DNA of 64,000 bases from Yuukianura sp. NJ FZ-2021 (GCA_046563655.1 CM102290.1:13826001-13890000), one strand, 5' to 3'. Numbered from the stretch's first letter, positions 23,529-47,938 are shown. Translations and numbers: made by a program. The notes: generated from the sequence alone by a model not told the origin.

Positions 23529-25775
23529 TTAAGGTGGCATTGAGAAATTACTCTATTAATTTTTGGAGTGTTGCTCAGTGAGGGATTTAATAATATTTTA
23601 GGATTTAAGTTCTCTTTGAGCATCTTAATTCCTCTGAATTTGGAATTTGGAAGTCAAAATTGTGTGTAATGGAGTAGGAGAAGGAAGGTTCAATGGCGTT
23701 TAAGGATTATAATGGTTCAGGTCCAAGGAAATATCCTGTTTAGAGGCCATAATAGTAAGTAGTAAAACCATTTCAATAAGCTTCATTCAACTCAACTTTA
23801 GTTGATCTTTTGGGGGGAGGGGGGCCTTAAAGGGACCCCTCTATTGAGAAATTCCCAAAGTCCCTTATTCTTTTGTCCCTTGGAGCTCATTTACTATTTG
23901 ACTCCTGCTGTACAATTTGTCAAGGAGATTAAGGGACGGAACAACAGGGTCCCTGGCTAGATTCCATGGAGCACCGCTAGGTCTGTGCAGCGCTCAAGTG
24001 GAGCGACAGCCGAAGAAGTGGGGAATTGGCAGTGATCGATCAGGGGCTCACATGCCTGCCCATTAATTTGGAACTTTTTCCATCATCATAGACACTTATC
24101 TGCATAAACTCTTTCAAGCGCTCACTTTCTCCCGGGAAATTTTAAAATATCCTGCCATTTGTTTCTTCCTTTCTTCATTCCGCTTTGAAATGGAAACTGC
24201 TGCGGAGAGGGAGAGAAATGAGTTCCCTTCGTTTTTTTCTGTTTTTTAAGACTTTTTTTTTTAGAATTCCTTGCCTCGTTTGAAAAAGTAAAAAAAGAGA
24301 GTATATTTTACGTAATGGTGCTTATGCATAGAACAAAAAAAATGAGTGGGAGCAGATGTGAACAAAAAAAAAGTGTGAAAATGAGATGAAAAGCCTTTTT
24401 GCCATTATTATTAAATTTAATAACAAACGGAGAAAAGTTGAAATGACGGGTTTTACTTTTTTTTCTGTTTTTTTTTTCATTTCATCTCGAATTTCCATAA
24501 TGATGACTAATTCCACTTATACTTCAGTTATAAGTGAAAGTGCTAAGCAACTTGAAGGAAATCAATCATGCACACTACACTTTCTTTTCAAATTAATTTT
24601 TCGTTTCAAAAAATTCAAACTTCTTTGATTGAATTTGAATGACTGTAGAAAAATATCCTGGGATGACTGAAAAAAAAATTGAAGAAAAAGTTTTACACAC
24701 AAGAAAAAAAAATCTTGCGGTTAAATCGGAAAAAGGTGTTAAAAAATTTTGGAATTGCTGAACTTCAAGTTATTCTCATCATTTTTTGTGGTTTTATAAA
24801 TAAAAACACAGAGTTTATGAGCTGTGATGTAACATTGTTTTGAAATTTTGAGTGGAAAGTGAAATTTCCATTGGAAAAAAAGTAAGCTCGAGTTAAGAAC
24901 TCATTTGTCTACGCACAGAAATGTTTCGGTTGAAATGGAAATGCGGCGACTTTCTCCGCAGTTTTGTTTTTGAAGCCGCTTTTGGCCTAATCCATCTTCT
25001 CGTCTTCTCTAAATCTCCCGTAATTAGGAATCCCATTAGACTCAATTCTACCTTTGGCCGAAGGGAGGCTGGTGAAAGTGGGTTTTCAATTCAATATTTA
25101 TTTATATTCTTAATATTATGTGAGGACACAAGCATTACAGCCATTCCGCAACTCTCGGTGACTAGAAACGAGGCAAAACGAACCCAATTTTCCGTCAATC
25201 TCATAATCTCCTGGATTTGTCTTTCACCGTCATCACAAATGCATTTAATCTTCCCATTCCAAATAATTCCACTTTGGGATCTCATCTAACTTGTAATTGA
25301 ATTTATAAAGTCAGTTTACAAGGATAATACCTGTTCACAAACCATAACAGAAAAAAAACTTTTCAAAATTTTGAAAATTTGAAACACTTTGGGTTCAATG
25401 TTCCAAGGAGGACTTAAACGTAACTGGATTTGATGGAGTAGTGGGAGGGGTACTTTAGTTTTGAATGAGTTCATTCATAAATTGACTGGAGTGGAGCGTA
25501 GTATTAGTACAGGTGACCTACTATGAGCCGTCCCTTAAGTGCTCCTTCAAGAAGTTCTAGACTGCGAGGTGCCTTTAAGTCCCCATTGACTGCCACTTGA
25601 CTTTGTCTTTTGTCTACTTTTGAATGAATTTTGACTTTTTCACTTTTTCTATGAGAGTCAAAAATTTCCTGGGGCAGGGAAATGTCACCAACGGAATTTC
25701 ATTTTTACTTTTATTCCATTCAAAGTCAACTTTTCCACTCAATATTCAGTCCCTCCTTCCGCTGACTCCATTCAC

Positions 25776-25849
25776 AAAACTTTGATTCCAAATTCACAAT
25801 TTTTAGTTTAAAAAAAAAAGTAAAAATTTTGAATTTGGAATCAAAATTT
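25776..25849. repeat. AT-rich inverted repeat (about 34-bp arms, 3 mismatches, short A loop)
   Basis: AAAACTTTGATTCCAAATTCACAATTTTTAGTTT versus AAAGTAAAAATTTTGAATTTGGAATCAAAATTTT. Confidence 0.75.
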
Positions 25850-26076
25850 TTACTTTATTTTTTAAAAGTGTAGAGCTATTTGGACTAGGATATTTGGAAA
25901 CTACAATAGAACGTTTAAAACTGAAATATGAAAAACAATTTGTTATTCTCCGGTATCAAGCTTGTTCCAAACTGCTTTTGCTTATGAAATTCAATTTGGG
26001 AACTTTTTTTTATTATTATTTTTTTTCAAAAACAGTATTTTTATGCTTGACGTGACGTGACCTACGTGATTTTAGA

Positions 26077-26264
26077 CATGCTAAAAATATTTACTAAAAA
26101 CCCGCGAAATGTAAATATTAAATATTTTTCATCAAAAACCTCAAAATATCTATTTAATTAACATTAAGGGCATTTGAAAATCAATAAATATTTAGTAATG
26201 AAAAAGCCCAAAATATTGATTTTGTTAACATTACAGGCATGGGAACTAAATATTTTTAGCATGT
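26077..26264. mobile_element. AT-rich MITE-like element
   Basis: Terminal inverted repeat ACATGCTAAAAATATTTA / TAAATATTTTTAGCATGT. Confidence 0.6.
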
Positions 26265-27020
26265 ACTTGAAACTAAAATAAAATCAAAGGAATAACTGTT
26301 AGATTTTTGGAAACTTTTCTTAGACAGAAGCCTATGAATTGTTTCCAAAAACGAAGCTGGATGGGTGGGCTCATGATCTCTGACTTTTCACACCTACTAG
26401 AATGACTTTTGAAAATAATCCACTTAGAAATGGACAGCGAACGACCTGGTTAGCCTGTCCAACTAACAATTGCAAAAAAGAATTGACTTTGGCCTCTTTA
26501 GTTTCACAAAGTGTCAAAAATCCTTTGGTTTTGATTTCAATTCTACTAAAAGCTTAGTAACTGGTGGACGTCGCTTCGTTCTAAAGTCAAAAGAACTTCC
26601 TTTAATATCTACTAAGTCCCTATAATTAAGGGGGCCCTTGGAGTCAATCCAGGTGAGTCCAAGGGCCCGTCAAAGGCTCCTCTGATTCATGTGAGGACAA
26701 ATAAGGTCCATTCTTGGCAAAGTCCCCCTCTGAAGCTTTCTTTCCTGTAGAAATCGGTCCACATAATGGACAGAGAACAACAATGAAGTTCATCCATTCC
26801 CTCCACAACGTTAAGATCAGAGAGGCCTCCGCTGAGTCTCTGTCAAAAGTCAACGTTTTCGGAAAAAAAGAGACAGGATATGGCCATTTCCCTTAATCTT
26901 CCGGAGGGAAAAACAAAATTACAATAGGGATTAAGGACCTCAAGGCACTGAATGATCAGAGAGACTTTAAGGGCCCTTCGAGGTTAACTAAAACTCTGAC
27001 ACCGACTGAAATCAGGAATA

Positions 27021-27133
27021 CCGTAAAGTTCCAAATAGTACACACGGAGTACTAATACCGTTCCCGGGCTTGGGGGTGATGTAGTATAGATAGTCTATTA
27101 TTTGAAAGTGATACAATATTCGGAAATTCACGG
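27021..27133. mobile_element. Short family C MITE
   Basis: TA|CCGTAAAGTTCCAAATA ... TATTCGGAAATTCACGG|TA. Confidence 0.6.
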
Positions 27134-27940
27134 TAATCTCATACTCAATTTTTTCAAACGCTAAAAATCAATTTTCTGAATATTAGAAAAATATTTTTTC
27201 GAAAAAAATTGTAAAATTATTGCAAGAATTAAGAAAGTTGAAAGAGATTATGTCTGAAGAGTTTTAAATTTTGTCCGCCTCTTTTGTGTTGGTTCAAAAT
27301 AAGTTTTTAAGTTGAAATGAAAAGTAAATGGGTGGTTGTGCCTGGACGGTGAACGTAGGGATTTGTAAGTGTTGTCGCCAAGCAGTCTGGAGGGATTTGT
27401 GACCAGGTAGAATAAGGGCCCAGGAAGTGACTCCCAGGGTACTTGAAGTGTTCTTAGCACCTTGGACATGAATAGGACCAAGGGCCCTTTGTCCCTTGGA
27501 ATTCCTCTGAAAAGAGCGCATTTGAACAGAGTAAATCTAGATCTCTATTTCCTGTCCTTTTCTTTCTTTCTACCAATTCATTTACCAAACTTATAATGTC
27601 AATTCATGGACTTTCGGAATTCTAACTTCCTTTTCCGAAATCCAGTTCCAACAATAACAGACAACTTTCATAACCAAACCTTGACTAATCGTTTCTTCTC
27701 CCCCAAACATTTTCAAATTCCAGTTACCAGACGGCCACAAACAGAAACTTTTATTTTTTGAAAATATTTCTGAAAAAGTATCACAAAAATCACATTCACT
27801 AAATAAACTGCTTCCAAACTTTTAAATTCAAATCGAAATTCTCACAAGACAAAATTCCTCGTTCTAAAAATTGTTGTATGCTTCAGCCATTCAAAAAAAA
27901 GTTTTGGTTGAAATCCTATTAATTTCTATTAAACCTAATA

Positions 27941-28310
27941 CAGTAGATCCTCTCAAATTGCAACTATTTTCTCTTGGCCGGGCACCGTAAAACCTAAGTT
28001 TTTAATCCAAGAGAACTAAACATTAAATAGAACAAGTGACGACCTCGTAGCCGATCAAATGGTCAAAACAATTTGATCAAAATGTCAAAAGGTCAAAAAG
28101 TGAAAATGTCTAGTTACAAATAGCAGTTTGTGTTTGGTTAGACTGGGCTTTAGTATCTTTGGACTTCGCACTTTTTTCTTCAAATTATTTTGACAATATT
28201 ATACGTCGTAACCGTTGACCTAACTATTGCTGCATGTAATCAGAAAGCTTACCGTAATCGTGAATAAAATTAACCAATCATAGTAAGTTGCAATTTGAAA
28301 GGTTCTACTG
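27941..28310. mobile_element. MITE family A with internal GGTCAAAA-repeat segment
   Basis: TA|CAGTAGATCCTCTCAAATTGCAACT ... AGTTGCAATTTGAAAGGTTCTACTG|TA. Confidence 0.85.
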
Positions 28311-29791
28311 TATTGTGCGTGTTTAGCTAAGAACTACTGGAGTAAAAGTGAGTAGTGTGAGGTCACGTGACCAAGAGCAGGGAACAGGCCAATGTCAATG
28401 GCTATTTTATTCTTTCTTAGACAAAGAGATGGGCAGTGTCCTGTGAATCTAAAGCTTAAGGATGACATGATTGAAATGGATGGTTTAAGGATTGGAAATG
28501 GCAAAGGTGACTGGTTGGTTGGATTGTAGTACAGTTAGGTTCTGTTATTTTGTAGATTTGGGAGTTGATGGAGAAAGTGAAGGTTGAGATGACGGAGAAA
28601 GTGGAGATGAAAGGAGTGGAATGATGTAGCTCCAAGGAGGAGAATATGGGTGATTTCCGTCTCAAAAGCTTTTAAATTGGGCTCAAGTCCTTCCCACCTA
28701 AACCCACCACCAAAGTCACTTGAAAGGAGAAACAGCCTTGTCTCTTCTATCCACAAAGGGGTGTGTTTCGCTTTCTCCCGAAAAAAGAAGATCTTGTTTC
28801 TAGATAAAGTGGATGTAAAAGTATACAAAGTTTCCATGTTCCTAGAGAGGGGAGTCGGCTAATAGTTTGAGGAAAAGATAGGATTCGCTCTGTTTATTCG
28901 GGATGTCGCTCCTAATAAGATCTTATTCTCCTTTTAGTAGAATCATAGAACCCTCCCCACTTTCCATGAAATGGGAAAGGAAAGTTTAGGAGAGAGGAAC
29001 GGATAATGATGAGAGATGATGATGTTGGGAGAGGAAATGAAGGGCTTGGATACAGTGAAAGCGATAGACCTGCTTTCTCCAGTGAAAGTCGTTCCAAACC
29101 CTTGTCCTGGGAAAACATCGAAACAATCTACGGATATAAATCCTGAGGAAGAGAGAGAATTATTGCTCTGAGGCAGACATATCGAAACATTTGTATTAAT
29201 TTTACGGGATCTATCGAATCCAAAGAGAAAGCGGAAAAAGTCTATCGTAACAATTTGGGTTGGAATTTCCTTTTTGTAGGAGATTCAGTATCCCACGGGT
29301 GGGAGAAAAAGTGGAATGGGAAATATTATGTTAGAACATTGTCTTCCTGGAAGGCGGAGGAATTGAAGATAGATGTCATCCATCTATGGATGTACAGAGG
29401 AGGGAGAACCTACATGTTATAAAAATATTGTTCAAATCCTCTTCCTTTCTTTCCCACTTTCCTTTCTTTTTATTACACGTAAAATGGTTGGGTTTCACTT
29501 GGAGTCATTTTGAAAGGCGATACGACTCTATGCCATTTCATCTCACAATAGTTTCTCTTTTCTCTTTTTCCAAAACCGTATCATTTCTGCTCACTTTCCT
29601 TCCCCGCAGTACCAGCAGTACTTGGGTTAGTCTACGTTGTCGATCCAGCCCTCCTCATAAAACTCCATTGTTTTCCTTTTCAATCTCCTCCCCCTCTTCA
29701 AAACGTAAATGTTCCAAAAGTGGAGGTCCAAAAGTCAAACTAACCTTAATGAACAAGTTTTCAGATAAAAATAGGAACATTTTTAAAACTA

Positions 29792-30011
29792 CAGTATAAC
29801 CTCTCATTGCACAACTTTTTGCTGTGCCTCTCCTAACGGTGAGATACCGTAAAACTTCAATTTTTGGAGGGATTTAATTTGAATAAAAAAACGTACTTCG
29901 GTGGTACATTTATCTCAGAAGTGTTAGAATTCGAACCCGTACAGTAGCAGAGAGAAAGCTTTTTTTCAAACTAAACAATCAAGGTGTGTTGCTAAATGAG
30001 AGGTTCTACTG
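29792..30011. mobile_element. MITE family A variant
   Basis: TA|CAGTATAACCTCTCATT ... AATGAGAGGTTCTACTG|TA. Confidence 0.8.
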
Positions 30012-30736
30012 TAGTAAGTTTTTTTTTTGAATTTTTAAAATTAATTTGTTTGTTGTTTCTTACTTTAAAAGTCACAAATTCGAAAGTAAAAGGGCAAATC
30101 TACGGTTTGATAGGAAGTTTATTCGTGAAAACAGTGTTAACAAGTATTTTTTGGTTTGATTTTAGGCGGGAGTGGTTTGGTTAGGAAATGATTAAGGTCA
30201 TTTAATGGTGTGGAGTGACCACAGTAGTAGAATTGAGCCACATATGCTTCCGACCCATCATTTCCCCACTTGTCCATGTATAATCATGTGCCTACTAGCA
30301 CTTTGAAGTCGGAGTCCGGAAGATCCGATTTCCACGTCGCTAAACCGAGGGCGCACCGCTTGGACTTGACTATAGTACTGACTCAGAAGTCATTAAGAGC
30401 ACTCGTGCCTCTAGTTCATATATGGAATTTTATTCTCTAAAGATCAGACCATCATCAGCCTCTTCTTTGAGCGGACACGAACAGTCTGTGCCCTCCACCA
30501 CCATGACGACGGGCTCTGTCCATCTAATAACATCCAGCTCAGTCACGCCGGGCAGCCATACTTTATAACCACAAAATCAAAACCATACGATGCCGCCACA
30601 GGGTGGTCCAATGGCCAACACACCATTTCAAATTCCCGCCTCAGCGTCCCTGAGAACTTCATTATCACTTCCTTCGTCCAAACTGTCCACAAACCATCCA
30701 TGGACCACAAGGTTTCGGAAGTTTCCAGAAGAACTA

Positions 30737-30897
30737 CCCTATTTCCCGGCGTATATCCCGCACTAAAATAAAACATTGTACAAGTCTCGAAGAATACCCT
30801 ATTTCCCGGCGTATATCTTGCACTAAAATAAAACATTGTAGAAGTCTACCGTTTGGAGCAAGAGAGAACATCAGATGATATATGCCGGGAAATAGGG
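30737..30897. mobile_element. Family C MITE with a 60-bp tandem duplication of its left end
   Basis: TACCCTATTTCCCGGCGTATATC occurs at 30735 and 30795 (period 60); right end GATATATGCCGGGAAATAGGG|TA. Confidence 0.8.
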
Positions 30898-31671
30898 TAT
30901 TTGGAAATGATCAAAACACCTTGGAAAATGTTAAAGGGAAGACCTAGTTTGAACTTTGGAAGATGATTTGGAATTGTTCTTATGCCAGAATCAATATAGT
31001 CAAAAGAAGCGGGAAATAAGGGAGTCTTCATTTGAATAAGAAGAGGAGCACACAGGGTTTTTATGCCTCTCTCCGCCCATTCACTTTCTTCCGAAGCCCC
31101 ACTTTCCCTAAATCCACATTCACACGAGCCCTCTCCCACTTTCACTCGTGTCAATTTCCCCTTCCACCAAAAGTGCACTATTAGCCTCCACTTTTGTGAG
31201 AAGACATTGTGGCCCAAATGAAAAGAGTTTCGACTCCATCTTGACATGGAGCCATGAGGCTGTAATGATAATCGCCACCCACAAACCCACCAACAACAGT
31301 CCCACCACACCTTAATGACCCCATCAACCCACCGAAACACACTCCGCCCAAAGTACTCCTCCGAAGGGCCCTTTAATAATCCCAGTTCCATGCTCTTCTC
31401 CTTTATTTAATTCTCTCAAAGGGAAGGACACAAAGGGGTATTCAACATGTTGATTGCCGTGGTCATCTCAAGTCCCTTAAACTAACTTTAACTAAATTAA
31501 TTAACCTAACTAAGTCATTACACAACACAAACAAAATGGACCCTGTAACTTTTCTCTTACTTTCACTTACTTTCTCCGCTGCCAAGAAAAAACAAAAGCT
31601 GAATGTTAGCATGAACTGCGCCTGATTTATTACGTAACTACTCAGAAAACTAACCTTTGGCATTGGCAGTA

Positions 31672-32175
31672 CCCTATTTCCTGGCGTATATCCTGCACCC
31701 ACGTATACCCCGAAGGACAATAAAGTATGCAGTGCTGCTGGTTATCCATTTTTTCACCATTTTGTCCAATCCACAGCAGTGTTGCTGGATGGATCAGAAA
31801 TTTCTTCCACTCTCCTCGAAATTAGTGGATATATCCGGATTTTATTAGTTTCTTCCGGATGAAACTCAATTTCGTCCATCGGAAACTGGATTTTATCCGG
31901 ATTTATCCATCTATCCAGTGGATATCACCTGGACAAAATGCTAAAAATGTGGATATCCACCAACACTGATCCACAGGATAAATGGATAAATCCGGATAAA
32001 ATCCAGTTTTGGATGGAAGAAATAGAGTTTCGTCCGGAAGAAACCACTAACATCCGGATATGTCCACCACTGGAAGAAATGTTTTTTTTCATCCAGTAAT
32101 ACTGAAAATGCAGTAGACGTTCGGGTGCCAGAGATAATCTGGGATAACCCGCGGGATATATGCCGTGAAATAGAG
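31672..32175. mobile_element. Three-level nest: family C MITE > hAT-type MITE (31730-32104) > second hAT-type copy (31777-31968)
   Basis: Outer TA|CCCTATTTCCTGGCGTATATCC ... GGATATATGCCGTGAAATAGAG|TA. Innermost CAGTGTTGCTGGAT ... ATCCACCAACACTG, flanked by a perfect 8-bp duplication ATCCACAG (31769-31776 and 31969-31976). Confidence 0.85.
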
Positions 32176-32631
32176 TAGTTGCAAAAAAGTCAAACAATAA
32201 ACTAGAGTAGTCTACTAAAATGTTGTGAATGAAAATTTTTGGCTGGTTTTTAAATGAATTTTTTAAAAAGTTGTTTAAATGAAAATGATCACACAATGCC
32301 TCTTGGCTATTAACTTTTCCTAGAGTCTCCCTAGGTTAACCGTTTGTAACTATTGTACAATAGTGTATATTAGGAATAAATATAAGTGACAACAGGGAAC
32401 GAGAGACTCACTTAGCCTAGTAAGGATGTACAGGATGTTCCATCTGTCTTAATCGTTACCGGGTTTCGTCGTTTGTGTTCCGGCAGTAAAATAGATTGAA
32501 GTGGCTCCCTCTGGAGAAGGTGGGATTTGTATGCACGTTGGAGGGGGTCACAGGAGTAAATATTAGAAGAAAGTGTGGATTGAGAACGCGAATGACTGGA
32601 GTTAGCTCTGGATGTTGTTGGTTGATTGTGC

Positions 32632-43854
<11,223 letters not shown>

Positions 43855-44935
43855 GGATCCAAAAGGGATTAACTGCGCAGCCTCCTGCCCACAACTCACT
43901 TTCACTCCCGATCCCACTTTCTCCACTTTAACAACGAATTCTGCTCTCATTCCAAACTATTCACAGGCTCATAATGCAGTTCACTTAGTCAGACCAATCA
44001 CACATGTCACAATAACAAATAACTCCAAAGGTCAGGTCAATCGGGGTCACAATCCAAAAAACAAAAATAACTTTGCAGGAGAAACTGAACGTCAAAGGCT
44101 CTCTATTTTCCTTGCTTGTTTTTTTTTCTGACAATTTGAACTACTGTAGGTCTGTTTACAAAAACTTAAATTTTTGAATGAAATTTTCAAAATTTAGTTT
44201 TAGTTAGTTAATGCTTCAACTTTGCAGAAATTTGAGTAGTGCCATTGAGGTAAGCGGTTTCTTTTGCAATTGAGGCCTTCTGGATAAAGGCCTCCAGCGT
44301 CGTTTTAAAAGAGGCCAAACACATAGTTTTTTTTAGTGATCACAAAAAAAAAAATTAAAATGTTTGAAAGCAGTGGCTGGACTAAATGTTAGCATAAAAA
44401 TTAAAATTAAAGCACATTGTGCCATTTTTTCTGAAAAACAGATCTCGTCACATATTTTGCATTAAAGACGAAGATGTTCCTGTGATTACATTTAAACTAA
44501 GCTTGTGTTAAGAGAAGATCGTTGGAATTCCTTGACAGTCCATGCCAACGTTGGTTTGAACCCTAAGTATTATTTTTTCGTGGGACTTCAAGGCCAGCGC
44601 AGTAGTGACTATGAGGGGTGATCTTGACAATGGAAGTTTAACATGTAGAGAATCAAATGATTAATTGATGGGATGCTTATGCGCAGGATCCTAATTATCT
44701 CACACCTTTCCAAGTAACCATTCAACTAAGCTCCTGTAATTATCCACTTAATTTGTCACATGAAGTCTCAATTGTACATAAAAGCATAGGAACGCAGGGA
44801 CAACAAAAACGCAGGAGTAAATGGAGGGATGAATTTTTCCAGCACAGGAGTTGAGCCGTACTCAATTTCAACATAATTTTATTTTAATTTTTAATTCTAA
44901 AGAAATTTCGTTTTTTTTTAGATTAATTTTCCATA

Positions 44936-45186
44936 TTTATTAAGCAACGAAAGCTACTTTATGGGGTGACTTTGTCCTTCTGTCTGTCTGTCTGCCGGCA
45001 ATTATCACCGAAACGGCTCAAAATTTCCGAAATCTGTATTCCGGTGAATACATACTGCCCCATGGATGTTCAACAATGCTATCCCGGTGGGTCAACTGCT
45101 TCCGGGTCAAAGGTCAAGGTCAACCGATTAACCTGAAAAATGACCTCCGCTACTTATTTACATTCCAGTGCACAACTAGTTTATTT
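44936..45186 (+). mobile_element. Non-autonomous Helentron/HINE element upstream of NK6
   Basis: TTATTAAGCAACGAAAGCTACT, (CTGT)n, GGCAATTATC...GAAACGGCT, GGGTCAAAGGTCAAGGTCA, CCGCTACTT. Confidence 0.7.
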
Positions 45187-46900
45187 GGTAGTCACGATTT
45201 TTCTATTCTTGAACAACGGATCATTGGAGGGACTTTGGTAAGGGTCCTTTGGGGTCCCTTGTGTTGTGTGTGACGTGGGTTGTGCCTATTAGTGGAATTG
45301 AGCCTTGGGCTGCCAGGGGGACCCTGCGATTAATCTCTATTAGGACTATGATGATGCTAGTTTAAGGAATGATGGGGTGTCAGTGAAATTAATATGGAAA
45401 ACAAATAGGATCCTCCTCTTCACTTTGGCTCTCCCCAGATCACTTTCCTCCTCCAGCATCCTCCCCCCAGCATCTCTGATTGAATTGAAGAGCCAAATTG
45501 GATTACAACCCCCAGAGAACATTTCCAGTTGTTCTCCCGCCAACATTTCATTGAGGAAACCTCTCCTCTTAATTCCTAAATTGATTTAGTACAACTCCAA
45601 TCCAAACGGAAACTTATCCATACTTTCTCACCTACTAAAGAAATACAAACATTTTTAAAAAATTCAGAAACGATTAGGAACACACTTTGTAAAACCAAAA
45701 TTTTATTTCTCCGAAATCACTTTTCCCGAGAAACTTTTTTTTCGAAACCACTTTTCCCGGGAACTTTTTTTTGAAATCCAATTTAAAGAGAAACCGACGT
45801 TTGTTTCCAGTTGCGTAATGGAAGTGAATGGGTGCTCTAAATCCAGAACTGATGTGGATTTGTTCCTTTGTTGTCAAGGCCTACCTTCTCTCTCTATATT
45901 TTAAACATTCATTTAGTTCTGAATCATTGTTCAAGGGCCCCCTTTGTCAAAGTCTCCTGCTCAAGTACTCAGAGCCCTTGGACTCCATCTGACCTTCTCC
46001 TCGGACCACTGATTCGGATCTTCATCCCCCATTTATTTCCTGGAGTCAATACTTAAGGGCCCTGAGCGTGACCTGTTCCCTTGTCATCACAGTTACGGCG
46101 GGGTGCCTTTGGTTGTTCACATGTCCAACTTGATACGGATTTATATGTTCACGGATTTCACTTATATCGACTCAATCCCTTCAATGCAACAACTGCATCA
46201 AAAGTTGCGTTCGCGGAGAGCCCTTGGCGGGGTCACCGTCAAGGGTCAGTGGAAAAGGCCCTTGAAGGGCCCTTGTGTCAATGTGTGGCTTCCGGACCAT
46301 GGAGAGCCTTTTTGGTTCGTCTAATGAAGTTGAGATCCATTAGGATGATGATCCAGAAATCACTTTCTCAAAGTTGTATGAAAGTGTAACAATTAGTGGA
46401 ATAATGTTTTAATGTTACAAAGTCCAACTTTTCATTTGAGTAAATGAGAAATGAATTGAATTAAGTCCCACTTCCAGAGAGTTCCAGAGAGAGAAAGTGA
46501 TTTGTAGAACGGCGTTTCTGAATTTCATGTTTTAAAAAGTTGAGTGGGATAAAATGGGAGATTCACTTTAGGTCCAAATCCAATGAAAAGACAAAAGTAG
46601 TAGAAAAGAGAATGATTTAATGTTGCAGAAGGTTGTGTTGTCGGAGTAGAAGTGCGGCAGTAGTGCAACTGGTTCCCTTTGACTCTCCATTATTTGACAA
46701 GAGACTTTTGACGTCATGGAACAACGCTCCCAGTCACCCATCTCCATTTAACAACTTCATCACTTTGATTTATCTGACATGATTTATTCTGGAGTTAACA
46801 AAAGGAAAAAGCCGCCTTTTGTGTCCAAACGCTTCTCAACTTGAATCCAATCCTCATTAAATACACACGGCCAACAACAGTGTTCAACCGAAGTTCCCAT

Positions 46901-47097
46901 GAACTTTGACCTCCGCTTCTGGAAATCAAAATTTTTGATTTTGATTTTTTTCATGAACCAAAACTTTTTTTTTTCGATTCCCATTAAAATTTATTTGACA
47001 TTGACCTTTGACCAGGAGGTTTTACACTTCCGGACAGACGAGACAGACAGACAGACAGACTCGAGGATAAACATAAAGTAGCAAACTAGTTAATAAA
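46901..47097 (-). mobile_element. HINE-like element, related subfamily
   Basis: TTGACCTTTGACC, (GACA)n, and terminus AAAGTAGC...TTAATAAA in reverse orientation. Confidence 0.55.
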
Positions 47098-47938
47098 TTT
47101 ATAGTTTTTGCGATGACGAACTATTTTTTTTCTGGCGATTTGGCTTCGTAAAGTTTTTTGGTTACTTTTAGGAAAAAAAAAGCGATTGAGATCGATACAT
47201 TTCGGGTTTTGGAAGTTGAGTACAGGCGTCGTTGGGAAGGATGAAAATAAGAGGCGGGTTTTTGTGGATGACGACGAGGATAAAAGGTGGCTTTATGTGA
47301 AGATGAGATCGTGTTCAGAATCATTTTGAATTTCTTACGACTCTTCGACGGCACTTCCAGCCCCCGGAAGATGACAACTCATTGATCTGAATTGAATTTC
47401 ATCTCTGCCTCAACTACTTCCATCCAAACAAGGCTCTTTTCCCGGAATAGGTGGATCTTTAGTGGAAGTTGGCAGGGGAAAGTTAAGTCCCGAGATGGAT
47501 ATGGGCCACTTTCTGCCTGTCGCCATCATCTGGAAATGTTTGCATTTTGTCTTTTAAGTTTCCACCACAGTCCTCCAGGATGGTCGTGGATGGAGATGAT
47601 CTTTGCTTAAGGGACTATCCTGACATAGTCCTATGAAAGAACCCTCATATTCAGCCCTTACAAATTATATAATTCCATTTTCCATTTCAAGAAGTCGTGA
47701 TTTGTAGGGCACATAAAAGTCTTTTTACATCCTCTTTCTTACGGAGATTGCCTAAACTTTCTCCATTCTGGGACCCTTGTTCAGTCCATCATTTCCCTCA
47801 ACGTCTCTCCCAACTTCTTTATACGGCAGACATAGTAACAAAAGAGTCGCCTGGAGATCATTTCCCACGAACCAATCTTCCCACATAACGTCCAAAACAC
47901 AATTCGATACTCGTTTCAACTTGGACAATTTCATTATA

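Noticed and set aside
25776..25849. microRNA precursor
   Set aside because: Very AT-rich stem with no miRNA seed I recognise; more likely a local inverted duplication.
30846..31391. 181-aa minus-strand ORF downstream of NK6
   Set aside because: Runs into a MITE, has atypical W/C/G-rich composition from a CA-rich opposite strand, and shows no domain.
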